DNA of 49,613 nucleotides from Planctomycetes bacterium RIFCSPLOWO2_12_FULL_50_35 (GTDB lineage Bacteria; Planctomycetota; Brocadiia; Brocadiales; Bathyanammoxibiaceae): NCBI GenBank assembly GCA_001828605.1, contig MHZB01000009.1, positions 1 to 49,613 of the forward strand, read 5' to 3'. Shown piece by piece: positions 9,013 to 17,409 of this stretch (position 1 is its first letter; each line of letters starts with the position of its first letter). The notes under the pieces were generated by a model. It saw only the letters and a program-made list of their open reading frames with translations, ran no database searches and was not told where the DNA came from. The position numbers and the translations under genes were made by a program.

Positions 9013-9732
9013 ATGAATCCAAGTCAAACAGTACAACAAGAAGACAAATTATCCGTCCTGCGAAAGTACGAGAAGTACATAACAAAGGACGGTGAGGCAA
9101 TCCTCTTCAGCACCAAATCGTGCCGGGGAGAGGAGGTAAATTGCCCCAACCTCCTGAAGGCGCCCAGACCCCTGGCCAAGAGGATGAAGGAAAAGCTGGA
9201 CGAATTGTCCTTCAGCCAGAGGCTCTATGACAAGATTCCCGCCAAGATACTTCCCCATATGACCTTCAAGATGGCCGTGGCCGGCTGTCCCAACAGTTGC
9301 TCCCTGCCGCAGATAAAGGATTTTGGCGTGATTGCGCAGGAGAGCGTCGTTGTAGACCCGAGCTGTGAGTGTTCACTGTGTATGAAGTGTCTGAAGGAGT
9401 GCAGGGAAGGGGCCATAACCATAATGGAAGACAGGACTGTAATCATCCACCAGGAAAAGTGCGTAAAATGCGGTCTCTGTGCAAGGGTATGCCATACAGG
9501 TTCGATAAAGATTGATAGGGTTGGATATTCCATCGTGCTGGGAGGCAAGGTGGGCAGGCACCCGCGTTTTGCCCTGCAACTTATGGAACTCGCTACGGAA
9601 GAACAGGTAATAAAGGCCCTTGAAATCTGCGCTGAAAAAATCCTTGCAGAAAACGGGCGCAACCTCTACGGATTCCTTGCAAAGGAGTCCTTTCATGATA
9701 AACTTGGAGAGGCATTAAAAGAAGTCATCTGA
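9013..9732 (+). CDS. Sulfite/nitrite reductase-like 4Fe-4S protein with 2x[4Fe-4S] ferredoxin insert
   Basis: CRGEEVNC and AGCPNSC (siroheme-FeS type cysteines), CSLCMKCLKEC and CVKCGLCARVC ferredoxin motifs, GGKVGRHP. Confidence 0.8.
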   Translation: MNPSQTVQQEDKLSVLRKYEKYITKDGEAILFSTKSCRGEEVNCPNLLKAPRPLAKRMKEKLDELSFSQRLYDKIPAKILPHMTFKMAVAGCPNSCSLPQIKDFGVIAQESVVVDPSCECSLCMKCLKECREGAITIMEDRTVIIHQEKCVKCGLCARVCHTGSIKIDRVGYSIVLGGKVGRHPRFALQLMELATEEQVIKALEICAEKILAENGRNLYGFLAKESFHDKLGEALKEVI

Positions 9733-9779
9733 GTATACAATTTCCCCATCCGCTGCCCCGGACTACAATACAAGCTGCA

Positions 9780-10256
9780 ATGGAACTGGACAACATAGAC
9801 AAAAAGATACTGCAGGAGATACAGTCAAACTTCCCCCTCACACCCAGGCCGTTCCGAACCCTTGCAGAGCAACTCTCCCTGGAAGAAACCGATGTACTCA
9901 ATCGGATAAAGGACATGGTGAATAACAAGGTAATACGCAGACTGGGCCCAATCATAGACACCCAGGCCATGGGTAATACCGGGGGACTGATGGCCATGAA
10001 GGTGCCCGAGGACAAAATTGAAGACGTAGCGGAGATAATAAACGCTTACAGCAGCGTCTCACACAATTACCTCCGAAAGGGCAGAAACAAAGATATACCA
10101 TACAATGTTTGGTTCACCATGTCCGCACCCGACAAAGAGGCCCTTGGAAAGAACATGAAAGAGATCGAGGACAAGACGGGACTGGTGGTAAGAAACCTGC
10201 CGACCACAAAAAAATTCAAGATTGGCGTAAGGTTCAGCATATACAAGGGTGACTAA
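9780..10256 (+). CDS. ahbA: Siroheme decarboxylase subunit alpha (Lrp/AsnC fold, NirD/L-like)
   Basis: Q.NFPL..RPF, IRRLG, VSHNYLR, YNVWFT, LPT.KKFKI.V.F. Confidence 0.88.
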   Translation: MELDNIDKKILQEIQSNFPLTPRPFRTLAEQLSLEETDVLNRIKDMVNNKVIRRLGPIIDTQAMGNTGGLMAMKVPEDKIEDVAEIINAYSSVSHNYLRKGRNKDIPYNVWFTMSAPDKEALGKNMKEIEDKTGLVVRNLPTTKKFKIGVRFSIYKGD

Positions 10257-10264
10257 AGATGAAC

Positions 10265-10360
10265 GGACAGACCTAAAGGTCTGTCCCTACGTAAATGACT
10301 CTGATGTAGGGACAGGTTTTTAAACCTGTCCTAAAATGTATGGGTGCGGCTTGACGCACC
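10265..10360. repeat. GTAG-tagged REP palindromes between ahbA and ahbB
   Basis: GGACAGACCT-AA-AGGTCTGTCC-CTAC (10265-10290), GTAG-GGACAGGTTT-TT-AAACCTGTCC (10306-10331), plus a GGTGCG..CGCACC hairpin. Confidence 0.8.
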
Positions 10361-10382
10361 GTGTTTACTAAGGTGATTTACT

Positions 10383-10844
10383 ATGGCCGATGAAACAGAC
10401 ATAAAATTAATAAAGTGCATCCAGGACGGCATACCGCTGACGGAGAGACCCTACCGGGACATTGGAAATGCCCTGGGGCTTTCCGAGGATGAGGTCGTCA
10501 GCCGGCTGGGAAGGCTGATAAAAGAGAAAAAAATACGCCGCTTCGCCGCATCCGTCGCCCATCGGAAGATAGGGATAAACTCAAACGCCATGACCGTCTG
10601 GAGGGTGCCGTCCGAGCGCGTTGACGAGGTCGGCCCCATAATGGCCGGCTTCCCTGAGGTCACGCACTGCTATGAACGCCCCACATTCCCAGACTGGCCG
10701 TATAACGTGTTCACCATGATACACGGCTACACGGACGAGGAATGCGAACGGGTAATAGAGGCGATAAAAGAGAAGACCGGACTCGAAGACTACGTAATCC
10801 TGTACAGCGAGAAGGAATTTAAAAAGACGGGGACTAGGATTTAA
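10383..10844 (+). CDS. ahbB: Siroheme decarboxylase subunit beta (NirG/H-like)
   Basis: IPLTERPY, IRRF.A..AHRKIG, NAMTVW, VTHCYERP, WPYNVFTMIHG, LYS.KEFKKT. Confidence 0.9.
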   Translation: MADETDIKLIKCIQDGIPLTERPYRDIGNALGLSEDEVVSRLGRLIKEKKIRRFAASVAHRKIGINSNAMTVWRVPSERVDEVGPIMAGFPEVTHCYERPTFPDWPYNVFTMIHGYTDEECERVIEAIKEKTGLEDYVILYSEKEFKKTGTRI

Positions 10845-10987
10845 CCAACCCCACCGGATAAGCCTCTTCTGAAAACCACAGACACCTTCACAAACCGGCA
10901 ATAAGACCGACTGCGCGTACTCGACACACCATATAAATACAATCCCCTTAGCAGGACGTGAGAGGCCTATCCCAACAAACGCATCTT

Positions 10988-11277
10988 GTAGTTGTTCGAT
11001 TTATCGAGCCATTTGAATACACCCCATAAATGGGGCAGCTACAGGGTGGGGAATACCAGAATCTTCGCTGGCACCCAGAATGATAATTCTGTAGGGGCGT
11101 AATTTATTACGCCCGCACGAGGAGGGCTAGATAAATTGAACCACGACAAAATGCAGGTGCGCCAAGACGCACCCTACTGGGCTTTTATAGTCGGTATGCA
11201 AAAAGATGTAGCGTGCGAGCTCATCTCGCACGTTTAAAGTTTACGAAAGGTAGTATGGTGCATAGTTACACACCATG
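10988..11277. repeat. Cluster of diverse GTAG-tagged REP/REPIN-like palindromes in the convergent gap
   Basis: GTAG..CTAC doublet at 10988-11042; GTAGGGGCGTAAT-TT-ATTACGCCC at 11091-11114; GGTGCG..CGCACCCTAC near 11156-11177; GTAGCGTGCGAG..CTCGCACG at 11208-11232; GTAG-TATGGTG..CACCATG at 11250-11277. Confidence 0.75.
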
Positions 11278-11279
11278 CA

Positions 11280-11729
11280 TCACTCGGCGAGTTTTTCTGC
11301 GTAGCGGGCTATGATTTCTTCCTGTTCGACGGTCTCGATGGAGCCGGGACGTTTCTTCCTCACCTCATTGACGGCGTCTCTGGCGCTGTAGCCCCCGTGC
11401 ACAAGGTAGCAGGCAAGCATGGTACCCGTCCTCCCTATCCCCGCCTCGCAGTGCACTGCCACCTTCTTGCCCATCTTCTTCATCCTTACGGCAAATTCCA
11501 CAAACTCGTCAATCTGTTCCAGGGTAGGCGCAGTAAGGTCCTCGACGGGGACGTGTTTATACTCAAAACCGAACTCCTCAATGAGGGTATTGCTGAGGGG
11601 GCTTTCTGTGAGGGATACTATGGCGTCTATGTCGCGTTCTTTGAGGAACTCAAAATCGCTTACCTTTGAGGCGGGCCTTGCCATGCCCGCTATTTCATCC
11701 GGCACAAGCCAGCTGAAATTCCTGCTCAT
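11280..11729 (-). CDS. Dual-specificity protein phosphatase (DUSP23/CDC14-like)
   Basis: NFSW, V.D..AP, active-site loop VHCEAGIGRTG, RPGSIET..Q. Confidence 0.9.
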   Translation of the reverse strand: MSRNFSWLVPDEIAGMARPASKVSDFEFLKERDIDAIVSLTESPLSNTLIEEFGFEYKHVPVEDLTAPTLEQIDEFVEFAVRMKKMGKKVAVHCEAGIGRTGTMLACYLVHGGYSARDAVNEVRKKRPGSIETVEQEEIIARYAEKLAE

Positions 11730-11768
11730 ACCTATGCCCTCCCCAAGTCACTTATACGACGGCGACTA

Positions 11769-12182
11769 CTACCCCAGTGCCTTAAGGATGCCCCACTGCA
11801 TTCTGTCTATCTCACCCTCGTTATATCTGCCCTGCCTCCAGCCGAAGTGGAATCCATCGTCTTTGTGCCTAGGGATTATATGAAAGTGTACATGGGGGAC
11901 GGTCTGACCGGCACAAGGCTTATTCGTTTGGAAGATGTTAAGTCCGTCCGCCTTGGTCACCTCCGCAACGGCCTTAGCCAGGGACGGCACCATTTCCATC
12001 ACCTTGCCAAATTCCTTCCCAGGGACATCCATTATCGTCTCGTAGTGTTCCCTGGGCATAACCAATACGTGCCCATGGTTTACCGGGTTTATATCCAGAA
12101 AAGATATTGCATTCTTGTCCTCAAGAAGTTTTGTGGCGGGAAGCTTTCCTTGGGCAATTTTGCAGAACACACAATCTTTCAT
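11769..12182 (-). CDS. HIT family hydrolase (Hint-like)
   Basis: DCVFCKI, FLDINP...GH.LV.P, GQTVPHVHFHIIPR histidine triad; ATGA overlap with the rplQ stop. Confidence 0.93.
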   Translation of the reverse strand: MKDCVFCKIAQGKLPATKLLEDKNAISFLDINPVNHGHVLVMPREHYETIMDVPGKEFGKVMEMVPSLAKAVAEVTKADGLNIFQTNKPCAGQTVPHVHFHIIPRHKDDGFHFGWRQGRYNEGEIDRMQWGILKALG

Positions 12183-12943
12183 TTGTCTTCCCGTTCTTCC
12201 TCTGTTCCTTGTTCTGCCTGTGCCGCCGGCTTAGCCTGCGCTTTCCGTGCCTTGACTCCAGCCCTCTCTCCAGCCTTTTTGCCTGCGGTCGCTGGTTTCT
12301 CGGTCTTTTTCTCTTTGCCCTCCGTTACCTCGACCTTCGTTTCTGTTTTTGAAGCGCGCGGCTTTTTTTGTCCTGGTTTCTTTGCCTCTACTTTGGGTGC
12401 CTCGGCTGTCTCCTCTTTTTTGGCCTCGTCTCCAGGGCCCTCAACCAATTCAAATATCACCCTGTCCGCGTTGTCTCCCAAACGGTACCCGACCAGGCGA
12501 AGTTTTCTGTTCACGCCCCCCATCTTATATTCCAACTCGGGAATCTTGCCCACTTTACCGCCCGTAAGCACACCCAACCTGCTCCCGGAAAGGCGCATTA
12601 TCCTGGTATAGCCCCCGTTCCTGGTCAAATATCTCTGAGCTATGCCGCCGCCTTCCCGCCACTTACCCTCACCTACCAGCTTCTGCACCAGCTCCCTGTT
12701 CTGAAGCTTTGACAGAATCATACGGTAATAATGGACATAGGCGGCCTTGTCTGTCTCCTTCTTTGCGACGGCCTTTTTGGAAAGGGTTATCAGCTTCTCT
12801 ACAAACGATCTTACCTCCTTAGCCCTGGGCATGGTAGTAACGATTCTGCCATGGGTAAATATGTTGGCGGCCAGGTTGCGGCGCAGGGCAAGCCTGTGGC
12901 TTGGGGTTCTACGCAGTCGTCTTCCTCTTACTCTATGCCTCAT
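12179..12943 (-). CDS. rplQ: 50S ribosomal protein L17, with internal insertion and charged C-terminal tail
   Basis: MRHR..GRRL.R...HR.AL, I.TT..RAKEVR..VEKLITL, GGYTRI, RLGDNA..FELV. Confidence 0.95.
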   Translation of the reverse strand: MRHRVRGRRLRRTPSHRLALRRNLAANIFTHGRIVTTMPRAKEVRSFVEKLITLSKKAVAKKETDKAAYVHYYRMILSKLQNRELVQKLVGEGKWREGGGIAQRYLTRNGGYTRIMRLSGSRLGVLTGGKVGKIPELEYKMGGVNRKLRLVGYRLGDNADRVIFELVEGPGDEAKKEETAEAPKVEAKKPGQKKPRASKTETKVEVTEGKEKKTEKPATAGKKAGERAGVKARKAQAKPAAQAEQGTEEEREDK

Positions 12944-13952
12944 GCGCGCCTACCTTTTCTTTCTTACGCATGCCAAAATCCAACCCGAGCTGCGCCAGTT
13001 TTTTCTTTACCTCTTTCAGCGTCGTCCTTCCAAAATTTCTTATCTCCAGCACCTCGTCTTCCGTAAGGGCCACCAGTTCTCCTATCGTCTTTACGTTCGC
13101 TGCCTCAAGACAGTTAGATGCGCGCACGGAAAGGTCAAGTTCTGTGACCAATTTATTCAGCTTCGCCTGAAGTTCGTCCGTTATCTCACCCTTCGGTGCA
13201 GTGGCCTCCAGACTGGGCCTTATGTCTAGACGCGGCAGCTCACGCCCTATGTCAAAATACTGTACAAAGGAATTAAGGTGCTTCCTGAAAATCTTGGCTG
13301 CCTCTACCATTGCCATTTCCGGCGGGACAATACCGTTGGTCCATATCTCCATAATCAGCCTGTCGTAATTGGTTTTCCGGCCCACCCTGGTATCTTCCGT
13401 GTAGAACTTCACCTTTCGCACGGGAGAAAACACAGAGTCAACGGCAATCAGGCCGACCTCCGGTTCGTCAGGCTCATTTTCTTCGGCGGTTACGTAGCCG
13501 CGCCCCTTTCTCGTCTCCATCTCTACCACAAAATCCACATTATCCGAAAGTGTTGCTATGTGAAGGTCGGGATTAATTATTTCAGCCCCACCTTCTGTAA
13601 TGATGTCTTTCGCCTTTATTTCACCCTTTTTATGGGCATCTATCTTGAGCTTTCTTGGTTGGTCGTCCTGAAGCTTTACTATGATGGACTTTATATTGAG
13701 TATAATATCCGTCACATCTTCTACGACCCCGGGGATATGAGTAAACTCGTGCTTTACCCCCTTAATCCTCACAGAAGTAACAGCGCTACCTTCCAGAGAC
13801 GACAACAAAACCCTTCGGAGGCTGTTGCCAATAGTGATCCCATATCCCCTCTCGAAAGGTTCTGCAGTGAACTTCCCGTACGTACCGCTCAGTGTCTCCT
13901 GGTCCACTGTAATGCGAGCCGGCAGTTCAAAACCCCTCCACCGAATTCGCAT
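12933..13952 (-). CDS. rpoA: RNA polymerase subunit alpha
   Basis: EPFERGYG.T.GNSLRRVLLSSL.G, HEF..IPGV.EDV, LSVRASNCL, RNFGRT. Confidence 0.98.
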   Translation of the reverse strand: MRIRWRGFELPARITVDQETLSGTYGKFTAEPFERGYGITIGNSLRRVLLSSLEGSAVTSVRIKGVKHEFTHIPGVVEDVTDIILNIKSIIVKLQDDQPRKLKIDAHKKGEIKAKDIITEGGAEIINPDLHIATLSDNVDFVVEMETRKGRGYVTAEENEPDEPEVGLIAVDSVFSPVRKVKFYTEDTRVGRKTNYDRLIMEIWTNGIVPPEMAMVEAAKIFRKHLNSFVQYFDIGRELPRLDIRPSLEATAPKGEITDELQAKLNKLVTELDLSVRASNCLEAANVKTIGELVALTEDEVLEIRNFGRTTLKEVKKKLAQLGLDFGMRKKEKVGAHEA

Positions 13953-14017
13953 ACGCACCTCCCATCTAAAAGCTTATATTGACCTAAGGGAAGCTTTTTC
14001 TACCCTTTTTGCACATC

Positions 14018-14644
14018 TTATTTCGAACAGAGTTCAACGACCAACTGCTCTTGTACAGAAGCAGAAACCTCTTCCCTTACAGGCAATCTGATCACCTTGG
14101 TCTGTGGGGTGTCCTTATCCAATTCCAGCCACTTGGAATCAAAGCGGGATGAATAACTCTGAAGATTGGTCTTTATCCTGTCCACGCTCTGTTTTCTTGC
14201 AGCCGGTTTAATGACATCGCCCACCCTAACGAGATAGGAAGGGATGTCTAACCTCCTCCCATTTACCAAAATATGACCGTGACCTATTATCTGCTTCGCC
14301 TCCTTCCTGGACGCTGCGAAGCTAAGGAGATACAGCACATTGTCAATCCTTCTCTCCAATAGTACGAGCAGATTTTCACCTGTGTTGCCCTTTTGCCGTT
14401 CGGCCTTTCCGAAAAACCTCCTAAACGGTCTTTCCATTAGACCGTAGAATCTCTTCAGCTTCTGCTTCTCCCTAAACTGTACCCCATATTTGGACGTCTT
14501 GCCTCTTTGCCAGAGGTGTTGGCCGGGGACCGTCTTTCTTTTTGTAACGGGGCATTTCACCGTAAAGCAACGGTTCCCCTTGAGGTACAACTTCGTACCT
14601 TCCCGCCTGCACAATCTACAGGATGGCCCGGTATACTTGCTCAT
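14018..14644 (-). CDS. rpsD: 30S ribosomal protein S4 (Zn-type, C+)
   Basis: CRLCRREG.KLYLKG.RC...KC, EKQKLKR.YG, LLERRIDN, VVELCSK. Confidence 0.97.
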   Translation of the reverse strand: MSKYTGPSCRLCRREGTKLYLKGNRCFTVKCPVTKRKTVPGQHLWQRGKTSKYGVQFREKQKLKRFYGLMERPFRRFFGKAERQKGNTGENLLVLLERRIDNVLYLLSFAASRKEAKQIIGHGHILVNGRRLDIPSYLVRVGDVIKPAARKQSVDRIKTNLQSYSSRFDSKWLELDKDTPQTKVIRLPVREEVSASVQEQLVVELCSK

Positions 14645-14650
14645 ACCCTT

Positions 14651-15028
14651 CTACACCCTCCTCTTCTTTCTGGGGCGACAGCCATTATGCGGCAGCGGCG
14701 TAACGTCCTCTATGGACTTTACACTAAGCCCCGCCACCTGAAGCGCCGTAATGGCAGATTCCCTGCCTGAGCCAGGCCCTTTCACCCTTATGTCAAGCTC
14801 CGACACGCCCTGCTTTCGCGCCTTGTCTGCCACGTTCTCGGCGGCCTTTTGCGCAGCAAAGGGAGTGCTCTTCCTGGAGCCCTTAAATCCTACCGTACCG
14901 CCCGATGCCCAACATATGGTCTCTCCATTAAGGTCAGTTATGTTGATGAACGTGTTGTTAAAGGTAGCTTTTATATGTGCTACCGCCCTGCTTATGTTGC
15001 GTCGTATCTTTTTGCCCGCCTTGGCCAT
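14651..15028 (-). CDS. rpsK: 30S ribosomal protein S11
   Basis: [43 protein letters not shown]. Confidence 0.98.
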   Translation of the reverse strand: MAKAGKKIRRNISRAVAHIKATFNNTFINITDLNGETICWASGGTVGFKGSRKSTPFAAQKAAENVADKARKQGVSELDIRVKGPGSGRESAITALQVAGLSVKSIEDVTPLPHNGCRPRKKRRV

Positions 15029-15876
15029 CAACCATTCTCCCCATTAAAAAGTTCAGGAAGAAAATCTTCTAGAATTGAGCGCACACCGAGCTGATTACAT
15101 AACCTCCTATAACCATCCATGCCCTTTTTCTTCCCCGACCTCATCATTCTTGCAGTGATAACAAGGTTCTTTGGCGTTACCGTGGGAGGGACTATCTCAT
15201 GGAATTCAACGTAATAGCCGGCTCCCCTCAAGACCTGTGCCCTCAGGGCCTCCGTAACGAGGTCCGCAAAGCGGTACAGCAAAGGACCAAAATCCGTAAG
15301 GTCATGTAACGCCTGCGCCGACCTTATCTGTCCCCTGAGCTGGTTTTGGCAACAGGGCACCACCATAATGTATCTGGCGCCTAACTTTATGCCCCTGGCT
15401 ATGGCCTCGTCCGTGGCAGAGTCGCAGGCATGAAGGGCCACAACTACGTCTACCTTCTTACCAATAGGGGCGTTGAATCCCAGTGTCTGACCAGCTGTGA
15501 AACTCATGTTATCGAAACCAAGTGAGGCTGCAATCCCCCGACACTTCCCTATAAGTGACTCGGAGATATCCACCCCGTAGAATGTGCACTCCACACCATA
15601 TAATTCCCTCAGGATACGGTTCAGGGCAAATGTAAGATAGGATTTACCGCACGAACACTCCAGGAACACCGGGTCGTCGTCCAGTATGTCTTTAATTTTG
15701 TGCAGAATGTGCGCTGAAAAACCGACCGTTTCCTGAAATTTCTTCATTCCCCTCCGGTTGACATCCCCGCCGGGGCCTTCCCATCGGAGTGGACGCAGAA
15801 AATCCCTGGAGGAAGTTAACACGCCAGAGAGCGTCTCAACGCTGTATCCCGTATCTTGTAAGACAGTGCCCATCAT
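15028..15876 (-). CDS. SAM-dependent methyltransferase (Methyltransf_32-like)
   Basis: [11 protein letters not shown] motif I variant, [26 protein letters not shown]; TGATG overlaps at both ends. Confidence 0.85.
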   Translation of the reverse strand: MMGTVLQDTGYSVETLSGVLTSSRDFLRPLRWEGPGGDVNRRGMKKFQETVGFSAHILHKIKDILDDDPVFLECSCGKSYLTFALNRILRELYGVECTFYGVDISESLIGKCRGIAASLGFDNMSFTAGQTLGFNAPIGKKVDVVVALHACDSATDEAIARGIKLGARYIMVVPCCQNQLRGQIRSAQALHDLTDFGPLLYRFADLVTEALRAQVLRGAGYYVEFHEIVPPTVTPKNLVITARMMRSGKKKGMDGYRRLCNQLGVRSILEDFLPELFNGENG

Positions 15877-16256
15877 CAACCCTTTGGAGTCTCTTTCTTC
15901 CCTGCCACAGTCCTTCTTTTACCCTTTCTTGTGCGTGCGTTGGTGCTTGTCCTCTGTCCCCTCACGGGCAACCCCATTTTGTGCCGCAAGCCGCGGTAGC
16001 TGCCTATGTTCTTCAATAAGGCTATATTCTGATTCTCCTGACGCCTGAGATAACCTTCGACAACATAGTTCTTTTCTATATAGGCGCCCAGCGCACTTAA
16101 CTGGTCGTCATGCAGGTTCTTTGCACGAAGGTTCTCGTCTATATTCAGCTCCTTTAGAATCTTCTTGGACAAGGTCCTTCCTATACCGTAAATATAAGTA
16201 AGCGAAATAAAGATTGGTTTATCAGCAGGTATGTCTATTCCCGCAATCCTGGGCAT
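15876..16256 (-). CDS. rpsM: 30S ribosomal protein S13
   Basis: RIAGIDIP, LTYIYGIG, YRGLRH..GLPVRGQRT.TNARTRKG. Confidence 0.98.
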   Translation of the reverse strand: MPRIAGIDIPADKPIFISLTYIYGIGRTLSKKILKELNIDENLRAKNLHDDQLSALGAYIEKNYVVEGYLRRQENQNIALLKNIGSYRGLRHKMGLPVRGQRTSTNARTRKGKRRTVAGKKETPKG

Positions 16257-16274
16257 AAAGACCTCTTTCCTTCG

Positions 16275-16388
16275 TTATCCTTGGCGCTGTTTGTGTCTTG
16301 GGTTGGTACAGATGACGCGAACCACATTCTTACGCCTGATTATCTTGCAATTCTCACATATACGTCTTATTGAAGACCTTACTTTCAT
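16275..16388 (-). CDS. rpmJ: 50S ribosomal protein L36 (below the ORF-track size cutoff)
   Basis: Hand translation [37 protein letters not shown]. Confidence 0.97.
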   Translation of the reverse strand: MKVRSSIRRICENCKIIRRKNVVRVICTNPRHKQRQG

Positions 16389-16420
16389 GTGATCAATTAA
16401 AATCCTTACTGTTTCGAGTG

Positions 16421-16639
16421 TTACGCCTGACGGTAAATTATTCTCCCCTTATCCAGGTCATATGGTGACATCTCTATAGTCACCTTATCCCCCGGCAGGA
16501 TTCGTATGAAGTGCATCCTCATCTTGCCGGAGACATGTGCCATAACCTGATGGCCGTTCGGTAACTCCACCCTGAACCTGGCGTTTGGGAGTGCCTCCTT
16601 TACGACTGCCTCTACCTTTATCGGCTCCTCTTTACCCAT
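16421..16639 (-). CDS. infA: Translation initiation factor IF-1
   Basis: EALPNA.FRV.L.NGH...[32 protein letters not shown]. Confidence 0.98.
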   Translation of the reverse strand: MGKEEPIKVEAVVKEALPNARFRVELPNGHQVMAHVSGKMRMHFIRILPGDKVTIEMSPYDLDKGRIIYRQA

Positions 16640-16649
16640 GCACGTCTAT

Positions 16650-17405
16650 TTATTCCCTTGTAAGTACCTCACAGCCTTCGTCAGTAATTACTATAGTGTG
16701 TTCAAAATGTGCAGAAAGTTTACGGTCTTTCGTCACAACCGTCCACTTATTATCCAGCACCTCCGTATCGGCAGAACCCTCGCATATCATTGGTTCGATG
16801 GCCAGGGTGGTGCCCGCAAGGAGCGTTACATCTCTGGCCAACAAGGACTCGCTTACGTAATTGGGCACCTGGGGGTCTTCGTGCATGTCCCTTCCGATTC
16901 CGTGCCCCGTATAATCTCTTATTACGGAATACCCGTTGGACTCAACGTACTGCTGTATCCATCCCGCAACTTCAGAGAGCTTCGTGCCGGACCTTATATT
17001 TCTTATCACCCGGTTCAGGGCCTCCTCACACACAGTTAAGATTCTTTCTGCCTCGGGTGAAATTCGCGCTATAGGGATGGTCACAGCGGCGTCGGCTACA
17101 TATCTCTTGTATTCCACACCCACATCTATACTAAGAATGTCGCCCTCGTTAAGCCTCCTCGGCCCTGGTATCCCGTGTACCACCTCTTCATTGATTGACG
17201 TACATATGCTCTTCGGATAGCCCATGTAGCCCTTAAATATCGCCCTGCCGTTGTGCTGTCGAACATATTTATCTAACTCTCCATCCAGAAATTCCGTAGT
17301 AACACCTATTTTAGCCAGTTTTTTTGCAAGGAGCAAGGCACCCGCAACTATCTTCCCCGCTTCCCGCATCCTCTCTATCTGCCTGGCGCTTTTACACTCT
17401 ATCAT
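16650..17405 (-). CDS. map: Type I methionine aminopeptidase
   Basis: S.NEEVVHGIP, DVGV, GHGIG..MHEDP.V, AIEPM, SAHFEHTI; start set at MIECKS. Confidence 0.96.
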   Translation of the reverse strand: MIECKSARQIERMREAGKIVAGALLLAKKLAKIGVTTEFLDGELDKYVRQHNGRAIFKGYMGYPKSICTSINEEVVHGIPGPRRLNEGDILSIDVGVEYKRYVADAAVTIPIARISPEAERILTVCEEALNRVIRNIRSGTKLSEVAGWIQQYVESNGYSVIRDYTGHGIGRDMHEDPQVPNYVSESLLARDVTLLAGTTLAIEPMICEGSADTEVLDNKWTVVTKDRKLSAHFEHTIVITDEGCEVLTRE

Positions 17406-17409
17406 CCTG

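Noticed and set aside
11847-13982. Long plus-strand ORFs (254 aa and 234 aa) opposite rplQ and rpoA
   Set aside because: Antisense shadows of conserved genes, with no motifs
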